Part shown: positions 46,755 through 55,869 of the stretch, in pieces
Position numbering within the stretch: position 1 is the first letter of the stretch
Layout: each line of letters opens with the position of its first letter
Assembly: GCA_050300875.1 (NCBI GenBank)
Contig: JBNKYL010000089.1
Coordinates: 1 to 56,970 of the forward strand
Source: Paracoccaceae bacterium
GTDB lineage: Bacteria; Pseudomonadota; Alphaproteobacteria; Rhodobacterales; Rhodobacteraceae
Reading direction: 5' to 3'
DNA length: 56,970 nucleotides
Translations under genes and position numbers: made by a program
The notes under the pieces: model-generated
What the model was told of the DNA's origin: nothing
Databases searched by the model: none
What the model saw: only the letters and a program-made list of their open reading frames with translations

Positions 46755-47888
46755 ATGGCGACGAGTTTTGACGTATTCTATCTGGGCAATGTGGCAGATA
46801 TTGACCCAACCGAAGGAGATATAACTGCTGACAATGCAAATAGTCTGGTTGGCTCTACCTTCGGATCAACGGGCGACCCGTTGTACAGCCACATCAAGAC
46901 CTTGACGCCGGGCAGCACCGGTTTTTCGGGCGGGCCGAATGATTGGGGTTATGACACAGATAACAATGCCGCAAATGATACCTATAGTTTGGACGGAGGC
47001 CCTGATCAGACCCATGATTCCTCGACCGTCTATGCCGCGGACATAACCTATACGGACGGCACGACAGCGACGATCGCGGCGGTTGTCTTTCAGGACACTG
47101 CCGGAAACCTCTACCTGGCGCCAAAAACAAGCTATGATAGCGATCAAGCAGCATTGGAAGCCAAACCGATTGAATCGCTGCAACTGTTTGCCATCCTGAG
47201 CGATACAGGAGTCCTGACTGCCAGTCGGTATGCCGCCAGTTATGCGGTTTGCTTCACATCGGGAACGCTAATCCGAACGCCCAAAGGAGACGTTCAGATT
47301 GAGCATTTGCGGGAAAGCGATCTGGTCACGACATTGGACAATGGCCCGCAACCGGTCAGGTGGATCGGTAGACAAAGCTATGGGCGGTCGGACCTGCATG
47401 TGATGCCTCGGCTACGGCCCGTTTTGATCCCCAGAGGTCGAATGGGAAATGGACGGGACCTGTTGGTATCCCAGCAACACGGGTTAATGCTGGGCGAAGA
47501 CCAACTCATACGTGCAATTCATGCAGCGCGAGCACCCAGATCGGGTATCAGAGTTGCCCATGGCAAGCGTTCCGTCACCTATTTCCACCTGATGTTTGAC
47601 GCCCATCAAATCATTTTTTCCGAAGGTGCACCCTCGGAGAGTTTTTATCCTGGCCCGATGGCGCAACGCATGTTGGCAACAAAAGCAAGACAGGAGATCG
47701 GGCAGATGTTTCCCTGCTTGTTCGATGCCCCTGCCTTGGGTGTCGGGACCGCAAACACATATGGTCCGACAGCCCGGACATTCCTTGGCCCCAAGAACCT
47801 GGAGGCGGCATTTGCCAACGCGTCGGGAAGGTTGCGTCGCGCCGATGATCTTCGAAGATGGGCAAATGGGTCGGCCTGGAAAGCTTAG
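46755..47888 (+). CDS. Hint (Hedgehog/intein, bacterial intein-like) domain-containing protein
   Basis: The Hint module starts at CFTSGTLIRTPKGDVQIEHL and ends around HQIIFSEGAPSESF. The N-terminal region FDVFYLGNVADIDPTEGD is typical of roseobacter Hint proteins. The DNA is AT-richer than its surroundings. Confidence 0.8.
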   Translation: MATSFDVFYLGNVADIDPTEGDITADNANSLVGSTFGSTGDPLYSHIKTLTPGSTGFSGGPNDWGYDTDNNAANDTYSLDGGPDQTHDSSTVYAADITYTDGTTATIAAVVFQDTAGNLYLAPKTSYDSDQAALEAKPIESLQLFAILSDTGVLTASRYAASYAVCFTSGTLIRTPKGDVQIEHLRESDLVTTLDNGPQPVRWIGRQSYGRSDLHVMPRLRPVLIPRGRMGNGRDLLVSQQHGLMLGEDQLIRAIHAARAPRSGIRVAHGKRSVTYFHLMFDAHQIIFSEGAPSESFYPGPMAQRMLATKARQEIGQMFPCLFDAPALGVGTANTYGPTARTFLGPKNLEAAFANASGRLRRADDLRRWANGSAWKA

Positions 47889-47977
47889 GCGTCAAAGCGA
47901 AAGACACGGGTTAGACCCGCGATCTAATTCCACTTTCCGGCCAGTGGATCGTCAGATGGACATTGTTGAAGTCCGGG

Positions 47978-48738
47978 TCATCCATTGACCCGCCGTGCCA
48001 GCACGTCAAACCTTGGGGTGCCCCTTTGATTTTTTGGCTCGGCACCGTCTTGGAACAGGCCACCACGGGCCTGAAAACCGATCATGCGTTGGATCAATTC
48101 CAGTGCGGCCTCGTGATTGGCCGGTGCAAGCCCGTGAAGGCTCAGATCTGGCCTGGCAAATTTGATCATACCGCGCGTATGCAGCCACCGCCCACCGTCT
48201 TCCTCGGTATAAAGGACGACCACATGGGGATTGACCGGGCTTCCGGTGTTTTCAAACTGGTTGGCGTGTGCCAGTTCAAAGTATAGGGATTTTAGACCGA
48301 CACGCCGCCTACATCGAGGAACCATTGAATGAAACCAATGCAATCCCGAAGGTAGAGCAGGGACGTGTCATCCTGAACTTGCCCCCTGAGGACAATGCAG
48401 CCTGGTTGATCTTGCTTTGCCTGCGCCTGATTTGGGTGGTTCTTGCGAAACTCTTCCCAAACATGGCCGGTGCAGAAATGTCCTATACATTCTGGGCCAA
48501 GGACCGAAAGCTCTATCCCGTCTGGAATACCACGTGTTCGATAGGCAGAAGCGGAAACAGCCCAGTCTGTTGGAAACGTGCCAAAGGCGGCCCAGAAAAG
48601 CTCTGGTTTTGCGCCGCCCGTTTGAAACTTCGGTCGTTCGTGGTTTTGGGGCCGGACACCTTTGGCTGCCTCTGCAGGGCTTGATGCCCCGCCTACTGTT
48701 TGGCCGCGTCCGAGACCGATTGGTGCACGAATTTCTTG
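47978..48738 (-). pseudogene. Decayed or frameshifted ORF of unknown family
   Basis: Listed ORF 47978..48343 is protein-like only from ...LKSLYFELAHANQF onward. An unlisted minus frame is open from 48738 to a TAA near 48292 and reads ...ELFWAAFGTFPTDWAV...CIGFIQWFLDVGGVSV, but it has no ATG/GTG/TTG start. The two pieces join if one base is shifted around 48290-48300. Confidence 0.35.
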
Positions 48739-48890
48739 TCACAATAGCCGCACTCGACTTCGCCGGTTTCCCGGTCAAGCGAGAGCCAGACGCGCGGGTG
48801 GCCCAACGCACCCTCGCCCCCGTCGCAGGCGACGCGCCATTGGTTCACGATTTCGGTTTCCGGGGCTTCGATTGTCATGCCGAATTCCAT
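48693..48890 (-). CDS. zf-CHCC zinc-finger domain protein (NDUFS6-like)
   Basis: The 65-aa product has [21 protein letters not shown]....[10 protein letters not shown], which matches the zf-CHCC pattern. Confidence 0.7.
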   Translation of the reverse strand: MEFGMTIEAPETEIVNQWRVACDGGEGALGHPRVWLSLDRETGEVECGYCDKKFVHQSVSDAAKQ

Positions 48891-48954
48891 CTATGATTGG
48901 CTTGTCCCGTATTTAGACAAGCACGGACGTGGTTGCAAAACCCTTCATCGCGGA

Positions 48955-49338
48955 TCAGTCAAAACGTTTCAGCATACGGCCCAAGATGCGCCCGCCGAGA
49001 ATATGGGTATGATAATGGGGCACTTCCTGTACGCCTGCTTCGCCCGAATTGGCGATCAAGCGGTATCCGCCGCCATTGTCGCCAGGTGCGATGCCCAAGT
49101 CGGCGCAAATATTGCCTATGGTGCGTGTGTAGTCCGCAATTTCGGCGTCAGACGCGGATGCCGCGAAGTGATCTGCATTGACATAGGAGCCCTTGGGAAT
49201 GACCAGAACATGCACAGGCGCCTGTGGCGCGATGTCTTCGAAGGCCAGCGTGTGTTCGGTTTCGGCGACGGTCTTGTTGGGGATCTCACCGCGGATGATC
49301 TTGGCAAAGATGTTCTGGTCGTCGTAACTGTAACCCAT
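48955..49338 (-). CDS. HIT-family (histidine triad) nucleotide hydrolase
   Basis: It has IFAKIIRGEIP, HVLVIPKG and the histidine triad HYHTHILGG. Confidence 0.9.
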   Translation of the reverse strand: MGYSYDDQNIFAKIIRGEIPNKTVAETEHTLAFEDIAPQAPVHVLVIPKGSYVNADHFAASASDAEIADYTRTIGNICADLGIAPGDNGGGYRLIANSGEAGVQEVPHYHTHILGGRILGRMLKRFD

Positions 49339-49347
49339 GGCCCGTCC

Positions 49348-50925
49348 CTAATCGGCAAACAGATGGTCGGTGGCGGCGATGTCGCGTGCCTGTTCATGGC
49401 TGATGTCCAGAAATTTCGCAAGCGGCAGAGCGTTTTCTTCGGCGCTGTCTGACTGCCGGATCTGGTAGAAATTGGGGAACTCGGCTTCCTTGATCTGGTC
49501 GCTTTCGTAAAACAGGTCGGCCCGGATGGTCGGCAGAAGCCGCGCCATGGCCTCTGGGCTGGTGCGTTCGCCCGCCAATCCGACGCGCCGGGCATGGCCC
49601 GCCAGATATTCGTCGGAAAACGTACATTCGATTTCCAGCAGCTTCGTCACCGAGCGGTCCGTGTAGAAGTCCCGCAACAGGTCCATGTTGTTGGGGTCCA
49701 GGCAGAAGATCAGCCTGTCGGTTTCGTAGAAATCGAACAGCATCCGCATCAGCGCGCGACGGTGACGGGTGCGCTTGGCCAGCGTTTTCTGGATACCGCC
49801 GAGGTCGGGCAGGGGCGTGTTCTCTTCGTCGAAAACATACTCGATGGCGGGTACGTTGGTGGCCTGGCCAACGGCGTTCAGCAAGCGCTTGCCAACATGC
49901 CATTTCTTGCAGGTCACGATCATAAGTTCACGGTCGCGGCCCAGGGTCGATTCCGTTTCCCAGAAGCGCGGCGCAAAACGTCGTCCTTGCCGCCCGCGCC
50001 CGGTAAGAAACTTGTATAGCCCGCGGCCCTCGTTCGACGTGTCGAACGTGATCCCGGTTGACGAATAAAGCTGGCCCAATCGCTGTTTGAGTTCCGTCGC
50101 TTCGGGCGAGATCTTGCGCGCAAACAGGAAATCCTGCGCCAGCAGCAGGTCATAGTGGTCGTTGTAAAAGGTGACGGGCATCCCGTAGTCGGAAAACATC
50201 AGGAAGGTCAGCGTACGGGCCCTGATTTCCGTATCCGGGACCAGATGGCGCACAAGCGTCTGGAAAAAAGTTTCGTCCGGAATCCAGGTGGTGCGAAAGA
50301 AACGCATGACGTCCGTTCGGTGGCGGATGAAATCGAGGACCGCTTCGATGGTCTGTCGACGCAGGCACCACCATTGGCTGCCGATCATGATCTGCAAGTC
50401 AGCAGGAATTTCGCGTGTCAGGCCCAATCGTTTCTGGACGTTCAGTGACTGATAGAACCACCACTTGTTCTTGCGTTCGTTGAACAGATGCCGGTAGATC
50501 AGCCGTTCTTCCTTCAGCCCGGTCTTGATCCAGTCGCTTTCGAAGAAATCGAAACTCTCAATGAAATCGGCGTCTTCCCGGTCCAGGAAGTCATGTGCGT
50601 ATTCTGCGGATTTGATTGCCATGCAGTCGCCGGACAGCATGTAGAAATGGGTCGCGTCCTCGAACGCGATCTCTGCGGCTTCGACGGCATTCAGTGTCGC
50701 CTGAACCAGCGACCATTCTCCCCAACCGCATTTGATCCTGCGTTTGGCGAAGGCGACGTTCGGGTTTTTATCCAGCGCATCGCGGATTAGGCGAAAGTCA
50801 TCCTGTGATGCCCTTGCGTCGAAATGAATAGAAATGCAGTCACCAGCCGCGGTCAGGCGTTGCGCCTGCGCTATAATTGCCTCAGGGTCTTTGTGGCACA
50901 ACAAGATGTAGGCAATTTTGGCCAT
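49348..50925 (-). CDS. Core-2/I-branching (GT14)-like glycosyltransferase with a ~260-aa C-terminal domain of unknown function
   Basis: The N-terminus IAYILLCHKDPEAIIAQAQRL...HFYMLSGDCMAI resembles bacterial GT14 'Branch' proteins. I chose the ATG at 50923-50925 over the upstream extension. Confidence 0.7.
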   Translation of the reverse strand: MAKIAYILLCHKDPEAIIAQAQRLTAAGDCISIHFDARASQDDFRLIRDALDKNPNVAFAKRRIKCGWGEWSLVQATLNAVEAAEIAFEDATHFYMLSGDCMAIKSAEYAHDFLDREDADFIESFDFFESDWIKTGLKEERLIYRHLFNERKNKWWFYQSLNVQKRLGLTREIPADLQIMIGSQWWCLRRQTIEAVLDFIRHRTDVMRFFRTTWIPDETFFQTLVRHLVPDTEIRARTLTFLMFSDYGMPVTFYNDHYDLLLAQDFLFARKISPEATELKQRLGQLYSSTGITFDTSNEGRGLYKFLTGRGRQGRRFAPRFWETESTLGRDRELMIVTCKKWHVGKRLLNAVGQATNVPAIEYVFDEENTPLPDLGGIQKTLAKRTRHRRALMRMLFDFYETDRLIFCLDPNNMDLLRDFYTDRSVTKLLEIECTFSDEYLAGHARRVGLAGERTSPEAMARLLPTIRADLFYESDQIKEAEFPNFYQIRQSDSAEENALPLAKFLDISHEQARDIAATDHLFAD

Positions 50926-51069
50926 CAAACTGCCAGATTTTTTGGTTAACTGCTCGTCTGATGGCCTAGATAACGTGAAGAAGCATTGAACGGACAGAGT
51001 TTTTTTGGTTTTTAGCGACATAATGACCAAAAGCGCCGCGATAGGCGTTCAGGCAAGGACGGCAGGTTA

Positions 51070-51888
51070 ATGGGTTTTCCCGGTACGTGGATGACCGAAT
51101 CCGAAAGCGTGGTTTACCGCGTTGTGCCGAAATGTGCCTGCTCGACTATTGGTCAGATCATGTTTTATTCCGATCACGGCGAGTTTTTTGATGGCGACAT
51201 CCATGACGCCAACAAGGGCCTGCACAAATGGTCGCAGGAAGACAGCCAGACCCGAATAAACACGGTTGTGAAAGGGCATGAAGCCTTCGCATTCACTTGC
51301 GTGCGCAACCCGTACACCCGCATATTGTCATCGTTTTTCGACAAGATCTGCGGGATCCAGCGCAACGGCAAACGCTATCGCGGCAATCTGGTTCCGCTCT
51401 TGATCCAGAAATACGGGATCGAGGTCGGCGACCCGGAGACCGGGTTCGAGTTTGACCAGATCAAATCGTTCCGCCGTTTCCTGCTTTTTGCGCGCGACAC
51501 CATCCGGTTTCGCAAGCCGATGGATCCCGATATTCACTGGTCCGCAATGTCGGGCCATATCTCGACCTTTATCGTCAATGGCGGGCGCTATGACGCGATC
51601 TTCCACACCGAGGCGTTCAATGACGGGATGCAGAAGGTGTTGGACAAGATCCAGACCGCCCATCCTATAGACCTGTCCGACATTCCGCGGTTCAACGAAA
51701 GCGAAGGCCACGGGCCAAAGCGCGCGCATCCTGTCGAAGATTATTTCGACGACCTATCAATGCATCTCGTGCGCGAAATGTACAAACGCGATTTCGACCT
51801 GTTCAAATACGACATTGACGACCCGTCGAACAAGATGCCCTTGGGCGAGGTCGACCTGACCGAAGTGCACGCGAAGCTGGGCGACTAG
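51070..51888 (+). CDS. Sulfotransferase family 2 protein
   Basis: It has a 5'-PSB-like VPKCACSTIGQ and a 3'-PB-like VRNPYTRILSSF, as in carbohydrate sulfotransferases. The start may instead be the ATG at 51091. Confidence 0.75.
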   Translation: MGFPGTWMTESESVVYRVVPKCACSTIGQIMFYSDHGEFFDGDIHDANKGLHKWSQEDSQTRINTVVKGHEAFAFTCVRNPYTRILSSFFDKICGIQRNGKRYRGNLVPLLIQKYGIEVGDPETGFEFDQIKSFRRFLLFARDTIRFRKPMDPDIHWSAMSGHISTFIVNGGRYDAIFHTEAFNDGMQKVLDKIQTAHPIDLSDIPRFNESEGHGPKRAHPVEDYFDDLSMHLVREMYKRDFDLFKYDIDDPSNKMPLGEVDLTEVHAKLGD

Positions 51889-51890
51889 GC

Positions 51891-52712
51891 CTAGACGTCC
51901 CAGACGGGCACCCAAGCCCCGTTGATCAGGCGCTCGTTGCGGTCCAGGCCGCGGATGCGGGCCATGTCCGCGTCATCAAGTTTTACATCCAACGCGGCAA
52001 AGTTTTCGGCTATGCGATCCCGCTTGGTCGAGGACGGAATGACGATGTGACCTTCGGCCATCAGGAAAGCAAGAGCGACCTGGCCCACGGTTGCATCGTG
52101 CTTGGTACCGATTTCGCCCAAAACCGGATCACCGGCGATCAACCCGCGCGACATCGGTGTATGGGCAGTGAGAGGCACCCCCTTGGACTGACAGTAGTCG
52201 ACGATCGGGCGGTTTTGCAGATAGACATGGATTTCACACTGGTTCGTCATGATCTGGCGGTTGCCGAAGACCTCGATCGCCTCGTCCAGATGCCGTTTGG
52301 TGAAATTCGACACGCCGATATAGTCCATCAAGCCAAGATCGTAGCATTCGGCCAGTTGGCTGGCATAGGCTTCGACCGGGTATTTGTCTTGCGGCGACGG
52401 CCAGTGCAGCAGGATCATATCAACCCTGTCCATGCGCAGCTTGTCGAGCGACTCGCGAACCGAAGGCAGGATTTCGCCCGGCCCGAATTTTTCCGGCGGA
52501 ACTTTGGTGGTCACGAACACCTCGGACCGCAATCCGCTGGCTTCCAGGGCCGCGCCAACTTCGGCTTCGTTGCCATAGCCTTGTGCCGTATCCAGATGGC
52601 GATAGCCCAGATCCAGCGCCGCGGCCACGCAATCGTAGCATTCCTGCCCCTGGCGCTTGAACGTGCCATAGCCCATTTGCGGAATCGGCCCGATCATCGG
52701 TTGGGTGCTCAT
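51891..52712 (-). CDS. Aldo/keto reductase (2,5-diketo-D-gluconate reductase-like)
   Basis: MGYGTF...GYRHLDTAQGYGNEAEVG and LLHWP are AKR catalytic-tetrad context. Confidence 0.9.
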   Translation of the reverse strand: MSTQPMIGPIPQMGYGTFKRQGQECYDCVAAALDLGYRHLDTAQGYGNEAEVGAALEASGLRSEVFVTTKVPPEKFGPGEILPSVRESLDKLRMDRVDMILLHWPSPQDKYPVEAYASQLAECYDLGLMDYIGVSNFTKRHLDEAIEVFGNRQIMTNQCEIHVYLQNRPIVDYCQSKGVPLTAHTPMSRGLIAGDPVLGEIGTKHDATVGQVALAFLMAEGHIVIPSSTKRDRIAENFAALDVKLDDADMARIRGLDRNERLINGAWVPVWDV

Positions 52713-52786
52713 CTGTGTGCCTCTGCGTTGTGTTGCATGACTGGCTGGCCTATAGCGGCCAAAAAATCTGCGGGAGCATTACGGAT

Positions 52787-53200
52787 ATGGAAGCGCGCGT
52801 CAAATGGGTAGAGGGACGGACCTTTGTCGGGACGTCCGGCACGGGCCATTCCATCGTCTTTGGCAACCCGCATGATGACGGTCCGCGCCCCGGACCCAGC
52901 CCCATGGAACTGCTATTGATCGGAACGGGCGGGTGTTCGACCTATGACGTGATCCATATCCTGGAACGCGGCCGGCAAGAGGTCAGCGACTGCACGGTCG
53001 AGTTGCAGGCAGAACGCGCCGAAACCGACCCAAAGGTGTTTACCAAGGTTCACATGGTCTTCACCGTGACAGGTGTCGGGCTTGATCCGAAGAAAGTCGA
53101 TCGTGCCGTGAACCTGTCGGTGGAAAAGTACTGTTCCGCATCGGCAATTCTTGGTGCTCTGGCCACGATAACTCATGAAGTCATCGTTAAGAATTCTTAA
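52787..53200 (+). CDS. OsmC-family protein
   Basis: SPMELLLIGTGGCSTYDVIHIL and EKYCSASAIL (the two Cys motifs) are typical of OsmC/Ohr. ATG at 52787. Confidence 0.8.
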   Translation: MEARVKWVEGRTFVGTSGTGHSIVFGNPHDDGPRPGPSPMELLLIGTGGCSTYDVIHILERGRQEVSDCTVELQAERAETDPKVFTKVHMVFTVTGVGLDPKKVDRAVNLSVEKYCSASAILGALATITHEVIVKNS

Positions 53201-53201
53201 C
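53186..53201. promoter_or_regulatory. Perfect 16-bp AT-rich palindrome GTTAAGAATTCTTAAC
   Basis: Read directly from the sequence. It overlaps the OsmC stop codon and lies about 80 nt upstream of the GGDEF gene. Confidence 0.3.
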
Positions 53202-53225
53202 AATTCGGTCTGACCGCGGAAGATA

Positions 53226-53241
53226 TTAACTACACGTTAAC
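53226..53241 (+). promoter_or_regulatory. CtrA-type box TTAA-N7-TTAAC
   Basis: TTAACTACACGTTAAC matches the alphaproteobacterial CtrA consensus TTAA-N7-TTAAC exactly. It lies about 40 nt upstream of the GGDEF ORF start. Confidence 0.4.
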
Positions 53242-53281
53242 CTTTTCGGCGCAGCGTGACCGCGCGATCCCAGAGAGTGTT

Positions 53282-54727
53282 TTGCGTTGTGCCAACTTGC
53301 CGTGGACAGACTTAGTGAACAGGCGGCCGGACATCCAGTTCATCGGCGCAGCCTTGGCATGTGCACTCGTAGGGCTCTCGGTCAATCTGTGGCAAACGCT
53401 ATTTGAACCGGCCGTTGCTGCCGCAACTGCACAGACTCACCCATTATCCGCGTTCATGATCGCAATCATGTGCCTCGCAATGTTCATACGTGACCCGTCG
53501 CGGTTCGGCCTGCGCTTGGCACTCTTGTTGCTTGTGCTGGTCGCTGGCATCACAGCAATCGTCCCAAGCGCCGAACAGACCCCTGCCGACAGCTTCTATC
53601 GGCTGACCATGGGCGGATATTTTTCTGGGGAATTGAGCCGGGATACGGCAGCGTTTTCAATGGTTTTCGCGCTTGCGCTCTTGTGGGCCGACTATGTGCC
53701 TTCACACAGGCGGATTGCGGTCATCGGTGTCGTTTCCATCGTCGTTTTCCAGATCGTACAAAAGGCTTTTGCCCTTGATCTGCTTGGGCAGGGTCTGGCC
53801 ATATCGACGATGGCCGCGATGGTTTGCCTGGCCCTGGCGATCCTGACGGAAATTCTCGGGACCCAAGTGATAAGGCTTCCCAGTTTGGGTGACAGACTTG
53901 GCCAGTTGACCTTTGCAATGCTCCTGGCCAGCTTGGTCGTGCCCTTGTCATTTGAGCTGCTCATCGAAGGGCGAACGGAAAGTGCCCCCTTGAACTTCAA
54001 ACGGGCCGCCGTGACTACGGCGATCATCATCCTGTTCGGTGCGTTTTCACTTACCATCATTCGGCTGCTTCGCCGTGTTCAGGAACAGGAAGTCCGCGTC
54101 CGGGTTGCCGAAAATATTGCGCGCCATGATCTTTTGACCGGCGCTTTGTCGCGACGCGGCGTGTATCAGTGGTTGCGGCAGGAAAGGGCCCATTCGCATG
54201 TTGCAGCAGATCGTATGGCTTTGCTTTTGACCGATCTGGACGACTTCAAGGAGATCAACGACGCATATGGTCATCCGGTCGGTGACCGCATCCTTCGCGA
54301 AACGGCAAAGGCGTTCCTGCAGGTTGCCCCGCGTCACACCGTGCTATCACGTTGGGGCGGTGATGAATTTCTGGCGCTGGTTCCTTTTGCTGGCCCATGT
54401 GAAATACGCCGCCTTCATTCCGGTTTGCAGGCGCGCTTGGAAAACCTGGTCGCGTCGCCGGGTCACCCCGCGCAAATTACGACGACGATGGGCGTTGTGG
54501 CCTTTGACTGGCCTGTCGCACCGTCTGAATTCCAGACACATCTGTCGCGCGCCGATGAACTGTTGTACGCGGCCAAACGTGGTGGCCGCGGGCGGCTGGT
54601 CCTTTGTCCGACCTTGCTTGAAGACGAAAACGGCTCCCTGCCTGAACGCGAAAGCAGTTGGGGCGGCGCATCGCAGCAACCCGGCTTCGCAGAAGACAGG
54701 CCCAAAAAACTGGACGGGCAGGGGTGA
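53282..54727 (+). CDS. Membrane-bound diguanylate cyclase (multi-TM N-terminus + GGDEF)
   Basis: It has about 6-7 hydrophobic helices followed by DLLTGALSRRG...LLLTDLDDFKEINDAYGHPVGD...RWGGDEFLALV. The TTG start is uncertain. Confidence 0.85.
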   Translation: MRCANLPWTDLVNRRPDIQFIGAALACALVGLSVNLWQTLFEPAVAAATAQTHPLSAFMIAIMCLAMFIRDPSRFGLRLALLLLVLVAGITAIVPSAEQTPADSFYRLTMGGYFSGELSRDTAAFSMVFALALLWADYVPSHRRIAVIGVVSIVVFQIVQKAFALDLLGQGLAISTMAAMVCLALAILTEILGTQVIRLPSLGDRLGQLTFAMLLASLVVPLSFELLIEGRTESAPLNFKRAAVTTAIIILFGAFSLTIIRLLRRVQEQEVRVRVAENIARHDLLTGALSRRGVYQWLRQERAHSHVAADRMALLLTDLDDFKEINDAYGHPVGDRILRETAKAFLQVAPRHTVLSRWGGDEFLALVPFAGPCEIRRLHSGLQARLENLVASPGHPAQITTTMGVVAFDWPVAPSEFQTHLSRADELLYAAKRGGRGRLVLCPTLLEDENGSLPERESSWGGASQQPGFAEDRPKKLDGQG

Positions 54728-54734
54728 CGACCCT

Positions 54735-55763
54735 TTAGCCGCGCACCGCCTCGATCATCCGTGTCACGTTATCAGGGTCGGCATCGGGCGTGATCCCGTG
54801 GCCAAGATTGAAGATGTGCGCGCCGTCCCGGAAAGCATCGACGATACGCCGGGTTTCGTCGATCAGGGCCTGCCCGCCCGATACCAACAGCGAAGGTTTC
54901 AGGTTGCCCTGCACGCATCCGTCGATCTGAACGTGCTTTGCCGCCCAGTCAGCGGAAACCGAATTGTCGATCGCCACGCAATCCGCGCCGGTGGCCTTGG
55001 CAAATCCGACATAATTGTCGCCTGCTTCACGCGGAAAGGCGATGACCGGAATGCCCGGGTGCCTGGCTTTCAAGGCGGCAATGATGCGCTGTGCAGGTGC
55101 CAAGGCAAAATCGGCAAAATCGGCACCTTTTAGTGAACCCGCCCAACTGTCGAAAAGTTTCACGACCTCGGCGCCGGCGTCGATCTGGGCAGAAAGGTAT
55201 TCAATGGTTGCCTCTTCGATCCGTGCCATCAGCGCTTCGAAAACGGGACGACTGCTGTCTTTCAGGGCATGGGCCGGGCCCTGATCAGGTGTGCCGCGGC
55301 CCGCGATCATGTAGGTTGCAACCGTCCACGGCATGCCGGCAAAGCCGATCAAGGTCGTTTCCTTTGGCAGCTCCGCAGACAGGATGCGCACGGTTTCATA
55401 AATGGGGGCCAGTGTTTCGTGGATGTCCGCTACAGGTTTCAGTGCATCGACGCCGGTCCGGTCGGTTATGGTGGACAGTCGCGGGCCTTCGCCAGTTACA
55501 AACCACAAATCCGCCCCCAGAGCCTGTGGCACCAACAAGATGTCCGCAAACAGAATCGCGGCATCAAATCCGTAACGGCGGATAGGCTGCAATGTCACTT
55601 CGGCGGCCAGCTCCGGGGTATAGCAAAGGGACAGGAAATCGCCCGCCTTGGCGCGCGTCGCGCGGTATTCGGGCAGGTATCGCCCGGCTTGCCGCATCAT
55701 CCAGATCGGGGGCGTCGCCTGTGTTTCACCGGCCAATGCTTTCAGGATGGTTTTCTGCGCCAC
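54735..55763 (-). CDS. hemE: Uroporphyrinogen decarboxylase
   Basis: [17 protein letters not shown] is the HemE signature. I chose GTG at 55761-55763, preceded by AGAAGGGG. The upstream part of ORF 54735..56129 is shadow. Confidence 0.9.
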   Translation of the reverse strand: MAQKTILKALAGETQATPPIWMMRQAGRYLPEYRATRAKAGDFLSLCYTPELAAEVTLQPIRRYGFDAAILFADILLVPQALGADLWFVTGEGPRLSTITDRTGVDALKPVADIHETLAPIYETVRILSAELPKETTLIGFAGMPWTVATYMIAGRGTPDQGPAHALKDSSRPVFEALMARIEEATIEYLSAQIDAGAEVVKLFDSWAGSLKGADFADFALAPAQRIIAALKARHPGIPVIAFPREAGDNYVGFAKATGADCVAIDNSVSADWAAKHVQIDGCVQGNLKPSLLVSGGQALIDETRRIVDAFRDGAHIFNLGHGITPDADPDNVTRMIEAVRG

Positions 55764-55869
55764 GATCAACGACCCCTTCTTTGACGTTCCGCCTAAGTCC
55801 CGTCCCGGGAACATTTTGTCAACCATGCCCCCATTGCGCGGCCCAAATGCCGCAAGTATGGAAGGCACC

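Noticed and set aside
46755-48738. Hint protein plus neighbouring decayed ORF as a polymorphic toxin/immunity pair
   Set aside because: No recognisable toxin domain follows the Hint module. The candidate immunity-like ORF is convergent rather than co-directional and is frameshifted. Its family resemblance is only a weak impression. I kept it as a low-confidence comment only.
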